A stretch of 64,000 nucleotides of DNA from the human T2T-CHM13v2.0 reference genome, Homo sapiens. Each line of letters starts with the position of its first letter. The stretch's first letter is position 1. The stretch lies in assembly GCF_009914755.1 (NCBI RefSeq), contig NC_060926.1; one strand, written 5' to 3'. The notes under the pieces are model-generated. The model did not search any database, had not been told where the DNA came from, and saw only the letters and a program-made list of their open reading frames with translations. Shown piece by piece: positions 53,823 through 64,000 of this stretch. Made by a program: the position numbers and the translations under genes.

Positions 53823-56277
53823 AGAGTTTTCATTGTTTTGGTGAGAGGATAGTTTATGTAAAGCCAGCCACATAGTAATACAGATTGACACATATGATGG
53901 GAAGTCAGCCATGTGCTCTTGAAAGCAATTAATACCTATTAATACAATTAATACATATATCTAATTTTAGGAGGATATGAAGAATAGAAATTTAGGTGCC
54001 TTCCATTAAGTTACTTAAAATTTAAGAGGGAGTAGAATGGGGAGATAAAAACCCATGAAACAATATGGAAACATCAGTCCCCCTGACCAAAGGCACATTC
54101 ATATAATACAATCTCTACAGCTTACGGAGCCAACAATTCCAAGACAGAACCTATGTCTGCAGTCTCACTGGCCACAGGAAGAAATAAAACAAAACAAATA
54201 ACAACAAAACACCTGAAACTCATTTAAAAGGAGAGATAATTTCCCCTAATTATCCTGACCCATCTAAACATAATATTTCAAAGCTTGCCTTCTTCACTTT
54301 AAATACACAGCACCCTAAGCACTGCTCTCACTCCCTTCTGCTCTTCCCTCCCTTGGAGCCACTTCATTTGTGAAACCACCTCCCTGTACCTCTGTTACAA
54401 GCATTTCCATTTGCCTGGTTTCACGTAATCCTTAGTTCACTCAGCATTTATTGAGGCTCACGTGTATTCCAGTTGTGTACTAGGAGGATTCAAAGGTCAA
54501 AACAAGGTTTTTGTCCCTAAGAAAATAAAGGCCAAATCAAGCAAGAAAAGAGTAGGAATCCTACCTTGATTTCCTTATAACAGACCACATACACCTTACG
54601 TGATAATGCTGACTATAAGCTGATGGGAACACAACATTTAGTCATGATGCATGGACTGGTAAGCTCTGGGTCTTGTTCAAAGAAAAAAAACACACCCCTC
54701 AATTGCTTTGGGAATGAAGAGCAAAGGTATGCAAAAAGAATTGTAGCATACTTACAAAGTAACATATCAATGCTGCCAGGACTTAGTGAGCAAGGTGTGA
54801 GTAGGAGATTGAGTGGGGCAGGGAGTTGTGATCTTATTCCAGGAGTACCTCCAAAGCATATGAATTTAGAAACCAGATTGTGAGGAAGAGAATTTCTCAT
54901 GCCTTTGCACAGTGTATTCTTTCTGGATGGCATTTATACTTTCTCTTGTCCACCTGGAGTCACATGGAGGCATGGCTTCCTCTGCTGGGCCTTCCCCAGG
55001 GCCCTCTGCAAGCGGAGCTAGGATTCCACTTGCCCCACGCCTGTCTCTGCTCAGCTGCTATAGCTTCCCACATGCCTTTTAGAACATCATTTCCCTTTCA
55101 GGCTTAATTGTAGACCACAGGCCCTTGAGCAAATGCATTTTGCCATGGACTCCTCAGCACTGACATTACTTTGGGTGCTCCCAATTTGGTAATCGAATGA
55201 AGAGGAGTGGCAGGGGTGGGGTGGGCAGGAGTAGAGTTGCATTTTGAACAGAAAAATGACATACAAAGTGGAACAGTTGAAGGAAAACCTATGTCATGCT
55301 CTGTGGAGTGAAAGTATTTCTGCTTGGCTGAAGTAAAGAATTTGTGTCGGGAAAAAAAGAAAAATGAGGCTGTTGAAGTGTGAAGCAAGTCTATAGAGGG
55401 TCTTGGGCATATTATGAAGAGGGAAAAATCACATCTTGCCATAACCCTGATGATTCTTTCTTGTCTTTTGTATAGCTCTTACTTGATCCCAAACCAACCT
55501 CACGTGTTACATCTCATCATCGAAAGCCTTGCTCTGCAGGAACTGTGTGATTTTTCAAAGTGTCCCTTACCTCTCAAAGGGGCCACTTTCTGCACGTCTG
55601 GCAGGTTAATATCCTTTCCAGTGCTTAGTGCATGAGACAGAATACCTGCTGCACATTCTCCATATGTTTTCATGTCTGGCCAGTGCCCATAATGAAACCA
55701 CCAATGTCCTGTAACCATGCAGGATGACAGGCTCACCACCAGTGGATACTCTGCCATCTGAGCCCTGGTGTTACTCAGCATCCCTGAAGCATCACTGGCT
55801 GCTCCTCCTGTCACCCTGTGGGTGTTTCTAAATTAGATATCAGGTTTGTAGGGCAGGACTGGAGGCGCCTCCATGGCTGGTCCACACAAACAGCCAAGGG
55901 GCAGAGTTCATCCATTCCAGAAACTCATAAGGTGAACTTATATCCCAACAGCGTGGGAAGCCAGGTAGATGCTTCAAACTTGTGTGGATGTTCTTGCCTC
56001 TTCTCCCAACTCCTTCTTAGTTTGTGTCTCAAGAGAGGCCAGAATCGATCAGAATGAAAAGCTTCCATCACAGAAACTCAAGAACCACAGTTCCATTCTT
56101 TACCTTCTTCTTTACTCACTCACCTACCCCTCCCTTATTGCTCTCACCACAGGCTACCTGCTTAACTAGTCTTTTTTCTTTTCATCTTTTTGTCTCACTT
56201 CAACTACATATATGTGAAAGAACCCCAAAGGCAGATGTTTTGAAAAAGCAAAATACATACATTTAAAAGTGTATAAT

Positions 56278-56500
56278 GGTTGGGTGCAATGGCTTATGAC
56301 TGTAATCCCAGCACTTTAGGGGGCTGAGGCAGGTGGATCACAAGGTCAGGAGATCAAGACCATCCTGGCTAACACAGTGAAACCCCATCTCTACTAAAAA
56401 TACAAAAAATTAGCCAGGCATGGTGGCGGGCGCCTGTAGTCCCAGCTACTCGGGAGGCTGAGGCAGGAGAATGGCGTGAACCCGGGAGGCAAAGCTTGCA
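56278..56500 (+). mobile_element. AluY, 3'-truncated
   Basis: gaccatcctggctaacac..gaatggcgtgaacccgggagg; ends at agcttgca with no tail. Confidence 0.92.
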
Positions 56501-57269
56501 TAGACCACTGATACTACATGAACTCCAGTATGGGGAAAGTTCACTGAGGACTGCTGAGGCCCTGGCTGGCCCCTTGCTGGGACAGCTGTTTCTTATATGT
56601 TATTTTCCTTTATTTCACAGCTGGATCTCACAGTGGGATGCTTGGCTTGTGGACAGGTGGAAAGGAAAGTGTGCAGTGTCTTGCCAGATCAGACTCATGG
56701 ATAGATTTACACTGAAAATAAAGACTAAGAGAAAAAAAAAGAGGAACAAGTAGAATGTAAAAGCCCTCTCATCTTACTGGAAATAATGATATAAAACACT
56801 AGCAAAAACAAAAAGTCCGCATTCTAAGAAGTAACAGCAAATTTTTGCACCTTGGTTCTAAGCTGTCAGATCCTCCACTGATGATGTGAATCATCTACCC
56901 TATAAAATTCTTTTCTTCCTAACTTGGCCTAAGGATATCAGTAGTAGGACTTTTTGAAATATCAGATGAAAAAGAAAAGAAAACATTGTCTTAATCTAAG
57001 AATACGAGAATAATGTCCCATCAGGATAATGGTTACACAGGTATCCCAAACAAGTAAAAGACAGAACACATAGGAAGGGGAAAATCTTAGATGCCGCATT
57101 TCAGAAATGTGTAAAGATGGTAGGCTCCTTATTGGGATTGTACTGCAGAAGCCCTCTGATCTGACTCAATCCTAGGTGAGCCAGTTAATTCAAATGTCAC
57201 CTAGAATAGGGAATCAGAAAATTTGTCCTCTTACTCATTTATGTTCCACGCAGAGGGAGCACCAATTGG

Positions 57270-57505
57270 AGGCGAAAGGGGGGACTTAATTTCAACAGAT
57301 TTTCAGGTTTAAATCCTTGGTCTGTCAAATACCTGCTACAGGACTTAGCCTGTCTATGCCAAAGTATCCCCATTGGTAAAACGGGTGCAATGATAGGTCC
57401 TACCCCATGGGACTGTGATAAAGATGAAATTGGTGAGTGCTGTAAAGTTTGTAGAATAGAGTCTGACACATGGTAAGCACTACTATGTATTTGGTAAGTG
57501 ACATT
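57270..57505 (+). mobile_element. MIR SINE
   Basis: ggtttaaatcctt..gtaaaacgggtgcaatgata..cctaccccatggg..tctgacacatggtaagcact. Confidence 0.75.
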
Positions 57506-58449
57506 TTTGGTAGGGCCAAGGCTGCTTCTTTGCTTAGAGATCTTTTTGTTGGAATCTTCCATTATCTTTTTTTTTTTTAATTTGGCATCAACACACACTT
57601 TATACATTGTCTATGATTCCTAATTTTTGTTTTCCTTAACAATGGTACAGGAACTTAAAGGCATTTGAGGAGCAGTTTGCATGCAGAATTGTTCCACATT
57701 TAATACAATTTCTGGTCTCCCACAATTTATTTTTATAGTTAGACAACTATATTTAATGTGATCACAAATACTACTTTAGCAGACCTACTAAGTTACAAAA
57801 ATAACTCATTCTTGGCAAGTATTCAGCTCAACTGGTAAGACAAATAAGTGTACATGGTAGAGAGCTCTTTACTAGCTGCAAACATTCATTAAGTTGAGGG
57901 CATTGTTCAGTGTGATTTGAAAGGGGGAATGCTGAGCATCAGTGAATCCGGACAAGTAGGTTCAAATGAGCTTAGTTAGGAGATTCCAGTCTCTGTAAGA
58001 ACATTACTTTTGGATTTTGTTTGCTATCCTGCCATCTCAATTCCTTGGAATTTAGTTCCAATGTTGATTTTAATATGGAGGGGGGTCTTGTTAATCTGAT
58101 TTATTGCCACCCATAGTCCCAGAGATATCATTCTAGAAAATGAAATCAATAGAGAAGTTTGTTGTCAATCTTAAGATTTTAATTTCAGCTTAGGCCTTTC
58201 TTATTTCCATCATGGACCTGGCTCCCTTTGTAAGTTTACCAGAATCTGTCAACTAATCCTCAGAGCACTCCCTTTCTGTCTCTCCCACATAAGAATTTGC
58301 TAAATGATATCCATATAACCTCTTATTCTGTATTTTTAAGGGACAAAGAATTGGCTGTTTCTTATAAGTTATTTTCCTTTATACTATTTATAATTTGTCT
58401 ACCTAAATCACAATGTGTTCATAACTCTTCTTTCTGTATTTCTTTTCAG

Positions 58450-59170
58450 GTAGCAACTTTGGAATATAGAGAATCATTAGGCTGTATTCAACAAATAATA
58501 ACTAATGCAGCCTTCTAAGAAGTGCAAAAAACTACTTAGAAATCTGCTATAATGAATCCAAAGACCATGGGCAGCAGCTATAGGGTCAATAATATTTGGA
58601 ACCAGGGACACACTGGTGGATTTGCTGCCCCCACCCACCACATCCTCAGACATACTGGGCTGGAACACATGACTGTGTAGTGCCTCAACATTCATGTAAG
58701 ACAGGAAAACTTCAAAAGAGGTGGGAGCACAAACCTCTCTTAAGTTTATGCAAAATAACTCTCCAGAACAATGAATTATTATTTGTTCATTATTCCACTC
58801 AACGCATAATGACTGAGCATCCATAGGTGTAAAGCAAGTTTGGAATGATTGTATTTTAGCTCCACTGTATATATTTTGTTTCTCAAACCCTAAAGTACTA
58901 TCAGAAAATGAAAAGCCATGAGTGAAATAATTAACACACCATCTGAAAAGCCAGTCACGTCCTCTGTCTTGGATTATGAGCTCCAAGATGTTAAGAGGGC
59001 AGGTATCACACTTTATATCATTATTCTTCACAGAACTATTAACAGCCCATCTTTTATAAATATTATTTAAATTAGAATGGCTCCTGGAGGGAGTACTATT
59101 TGGGGAGAAATATGAAGTGTGTTGGCTGAAAACACCTAATGAATAAACACTGATGTCTATTGTTAGCATA
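58450..59170 (+). other. Candidate terminal (or internal, donor at 58696) non-coding exon
   Basis: Long pyrimidine tract ctcttctttctgtatttcttttcag|G; AATAAA at 59142 and 59265; no long plus-strand ORF. Confidence 0.3.
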
Positions 59171-59788
59171 CACATCATCCCCTGATCTCTGAGTATGAAT
59201 TTAAGAAATTTGTGACAGCCAATGAAAATGCTTATATACCCATAGCACGTGTGTTTACCATGCAAATAAATGATCACAATTCATAAACAGGGACTGTAGA
59301 GTCTTAAACACTACTTCAGAAAGGCCTCAAGTTACAACAGGCAGAACAGAAAAAAAATTAGGAACATGCAACAGCTTTTAAAAGTAATTCTAATATTGAA
59401 TCTTGATGATGAGATTGCAAAAGAAACACAATTTTTTATAAATGCAAGATCCCCTATGACAAATATTTATGGTGGTCAGGAACAGAAAACAGAATAGAGA
59501 TAGATGACTTCACTCCCACCCCACAAAATTTTTGAGTCATAAATTATGAATTATGTTCAAACATATAAGGCAGAGAGGAAATTAATTTAGGAGATGAGAT
59601 CTATTTTATAATTCAGAGAGCTGTTTTATTTTAATTTGGGGGGCAAATTACATTTTGATGTTCAGCTTACCAAACATCTTTCTTTCTCTGAAATGAATTA
59701 CAATTTCCCGTTATTTCTCTGAGGAGTCCTAAGATTTTTATTCCAAAATTCAGAGGGTAAATTAGCAACACAGTCTGGATCATTTGGA

Positions 59789-59996
59789 AAAATACCGTCC
59801 AGCAGAGCTTTCCACAATGATGGTAATGTTGTCCACGTGTGCTGTCTACTAAGGTAGTCCCTGGCCACATGTGGCTTTTGATGACTGGAAATGTGGCTAG
59901 TTGGACATAGAAACTTAATTTTATTTTAATTTAAATTTTTAAAATTAAAATTTAAATAGCCCTACATGGCTAGTGGTTATAGTGCTGGACAGTATC
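59789..59996. mobile_element. MER3-like hAT MITE
   Basis: ctttccacaatgatgg..gccacatgtggct..gaaatgtggctagt..ttaaatagcc..atggctagtgg..tggacag. Confidence 0.8.
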
Positions 59997-62029
59997 ATCC
60001 AGATGACCACAGGATGGACAAGGACCTTCCTCTCAGCCAATTAGACCACGCAGTGGTGGGCCGCCCTTTGCACATTGCACACTGCCCCTGTGAAACCTCG
60101 ATGCAGTCTTTGACAGCTTAGCCTCAGAAGGGCTTGGGGGCAAAGCTCATGGGAGCTTGTTTAAGCAAATATACACATTAATAGGATCACAAAGATCGGA
60201 AACAGCAAAGGTCAGCCCTGCAGACCCCTCTCCCCATTCATATGTTTCCCTGCAGTGGGACATATTCTCTAGTGCTTTGTCAGGAACAGCTTCAAATCAA
60301 CTCAAATGGCTTGACTTTCCACAGCTTTCCATGTTATGAAGGCAAGTAAAAAAAAATAGTTCAGTGAGAGCACTTAGAAAAAGACAACCTGTAAAAATAC
60401 TGAGATAGAAACAGGAGACGTTCTGTTCTAAGAAGGAACTCTGCATAGAGAGAGATATAAAAGAAAAACAAACCCCACATGTATTTTTGATCATAAAGAG
60501 TTTGAAATAAAAAAAATGTGCTTTGGCACTACATAAAATTCTTCCTTGATTATCACAGTATGCAAGATTACTAATGCTGGTCCCCAAAGCAATCAATTAT
60601 TTCCTAACTCCTTTCCATGGTTCCATTTAGTTTACTACAGAACATCTTCTGATTGTCCCTTTTGCCTGTTTATTATTTGTTAGTGCATTTCCTTATCTGC
60701 ATGTAGCTTTAAAAAGTCAAGAACTTCAGACACCTTCAAATTTAATGACATAACTTGAGAAAGGAAAGAATTGGGATTCTGATGCAATATGCCTTGCTCA
60801 TGAAGATGTTGCTAACTTCTGAACTTAAGTAACTTCCTGTCAATAGCATTTCAGTAGCAAAGATTGTTTTCCAGATAAACACATACCTGGAGGAGCAGAT
60901 CAGAAGTGGGTCTGACTCGCTGTTGGAATAGGATGCTTAGTGTTCGATTCTGCTGTTCCAAATCAAACACTCTTGTTTTCAACTTCACACATTCCTCTCT
61001 TAGATCCTACAACAAACACATCGAAGGAGGAAAAAGTCCATGACTGAAAGATGTCTTTGCATATTATAACCATATTTTATATATCTCAGATCATTAGTAA
61101 AAAACGGTATTTTTATTCTTCAAAGCCCCCAGAAGTAAATCACATACGTTTTCTTCCACAGACCATTGTCTGATAGAATTATTACGTGCAAAGAAGACCA
61201 ATTTTTTTTAAAAAAGCACCTTGAAATCAGAAATGCATTAATCTAGCATGCTATTTTTGAAGACAGTAAATCTTAGCGATATGAAGTCAATTTAAGTTTC
61301 CGCCTATATATTTTGCCTTTTCACTGTCTTTATAAAAGCAATCATAGAGCACAAACCACAAGGACAACAACAGTGTTTCTGCAGTGAATAGAGATTTGAT
61401 GAGCTAAAGAAACTATCATTTCTGATGGAGTTTTTCATTGTCATTTGTGAAAACAAGTTGAAATTCTCGGTGATGGGGCTAATAGAGTCAGTGATGCATT
61501 TAGCGGGAGAGAAATAGCTCCGAAGAGATGGCTTTTAAAAGGCCACTTGCCACTTGCCCATCCTCTGAACTCATGGATTTCCATACCTTCTGGGGCTTTC
61601 TGGTCTCAGTGCTGGGTAAGAAGCACACTTAGCCCATTCTGGCATCTGTTTGGAGCAGCTCTTTTGAATAGTTCAAACACCACAGAGACCTTTTCCCCAG
61701 CTCATGGAGGAAGCTGATGTACTAGAACTGCCTTCCAAACTGACTGCAATAAAGGAACTTGCGGTACTTAAATATCTATGCCCTTTTTGATGGAATTCAA
61801 GGCAGACGCAGTAGAATAAAACCCAAATTCAAGGTTCTTCAAAAGCTGACCCTTTTCTGCATTTCAAACTATCTTTCACTACTTCCTGATGTTAATAAAA
61901 AAAAAATGTCTTCTGTTCTCACCAAGCAGAGAACAAAGGTCTGGCGTGTTGTTCTCTAAAGCTCTACGCATTCCTTCTACCTTCTTCTCTTTTCCTTCCA
62001 CTGCCACTTTTCCTTCTTATCCACCTTCT

Positions 62030-62360
62030 TCTTTCAGCCCATATTTGGCTCTTTGATTGAAGTACAGTTCAAACTTTATCACCTCTCTGACCTTTTACCT
62101 GGCATCCCTCAATACCTGCTCCATTTTCTGAACTCCCATCAGCCCTCAATGCCTCCTTTGTGACGGTTAGCATATATTACTCTGTATTCATTTTATTGTT
62201 TGTGCTCTAGACTTGTCAATTACACGACACATTTTTCACCAGACAAGCTCAAGAAGATACTGAAATAACCGCACCAGCATATTGCTCTTACATTGTTTTT
62301 ATTCCATCACCTAGCACAATGCCACACATAGTAGGAGCTTAATAAGTGCTCACAATTATT
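62030..62360 (+). mobile_element. L2 3' fragment
   Basis: tcacctctctg..ctctagacttg..cacctagcacaatgcc.cacatagtaggagcttaataagtg. Confidence 0.6.
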
Positions 62361-62835
62361 TTGCTAAAGGGGATGATGATGGCAAATTCTATTCACTAGT
62401 CATTGGTGTGATAAAGAGCGTTTAAGTTTCTCAACACTTCTACTTCAAAGATTTATGTATTCTGATGTGGGGCAGCTACCTATTGGGCTTAAGGCTCTGC
62501 AAGCAAGGGAGAGCCCAAGCCACAGTTCTGATGCCTAGGGCCTAAATAGGAGTCACAGAGTTACCTGGGCCTGCCATAACCTTGTATGAATCTAATGGTG
62601 AAGTTAGATCTCGCTAGTAAAGCCTTCTCTGAGGCTTGATGAGCATGCATCATCTTATCCAGTAGTATTAATTCTATTAAAGGGGGCAAAGAAACAGGCC
62701 AAGGTATAGCCCACTACAGTTTCAACTCTCCTTGCCTTTTTTAGTTAAATGGGTAAAGCTTATGTATAGGGTGTTTTCAACTGATCGGTGCCTACAAATG
62801 GAGAGCAGAGAAAAGAAATGTCATGTTCAGAATGA

Positions 62836-63510
<675 letters not shown>

Positions 63511-64000
63511 AAAACTTGCTTTCTTTATTTAGAATTCAACCTCTGTCTGTGTCTCACGCTGATTTTTGTTCTTAGCATGTATATAACACTCTCTGCTCCC
63601 AAACACTAATTGTTTTTAGTACTGCTAATTAAGTAGTTAATAAGACTTGACTGTGAGGCAGATAAATATTAATAGTACCTATTGGATGGGAAAACACAAT
63701 CATCCTCATTTGCAACATAGAGATATGGAAACGGAAGCATACAGTGTGGATATGCAAGTAAAAGGGGACCTGAAAGCAATAGTAAACACGATTTTTAGCA
63801 GCAAAACTGAGAATACCTTGAAAGAGTTCTTCAGATGGGTAAAAAAAAAAAAAAGAAAAAGAAAGAATGAAAGAAAAAAATCAATATACTTTATAGAGAG
63901 TCTTTACACAAGTGCCCAAATTTCAAAGGCCATTAGTATTACTTAAGGTATGGTAAAAGTTCATTAGTGGGAACACAATTTATCGACCCTGAGAACTCTC

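Noticed and set aside
54760-56000. GC-richer tracts that may be old LTRs
   Set aside because: I could not match them to a family with confidence; left unannotated
59915-59960. AT-rich near-palindrome
   Set aside because: Intrinsic to the MER3-like element
60037-60050. CCAAT..CCACG resembling an ER-stress element
   Set aside because: Spacer is 4 nt; ERSE needs 9 nt

Overview
AT-rich, CpG-poor primate (most likely human) genomic DNA, roughly half of it transposon relics. I find no credible protein-coding gene, RNA gene, CpG island or CRISPR-like array. Main elements: (1) a full-length but dead minus-strand L1PB1 (~6.1-12.7 kb) inserted in a MIR; (2) a plus-strand L1PB-type element (21.4-24.4 kb) that keeps its 5' end, stops inside the endonuclease domain and is still flanked by a near-identical 14-bp duplication; (3) a ~15-kb stack of old minus-strand L1M/HAL1 (31-46.6 kb) with nested Alus and a Tigger2; (4) about 13 Alus plus a FAM, several MaLR solo LTRs, hAT MITEs, and MIR/L2 fragments. 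Unique stretches hold a dense transcription-factor motif cluster (~16.1 and ~16.8 kb) and several strong plus-strand splice sites, which could be exons of a non-coding transcript. I see no convincing new biological system. The best leads are non-canonical retrotransposition/repair scars and a candidate spliced lncRNA with its regulatory element. Repeat subfamily names come from my memory of consensus sequences, not a search, and boundaries of old elements are approximate.
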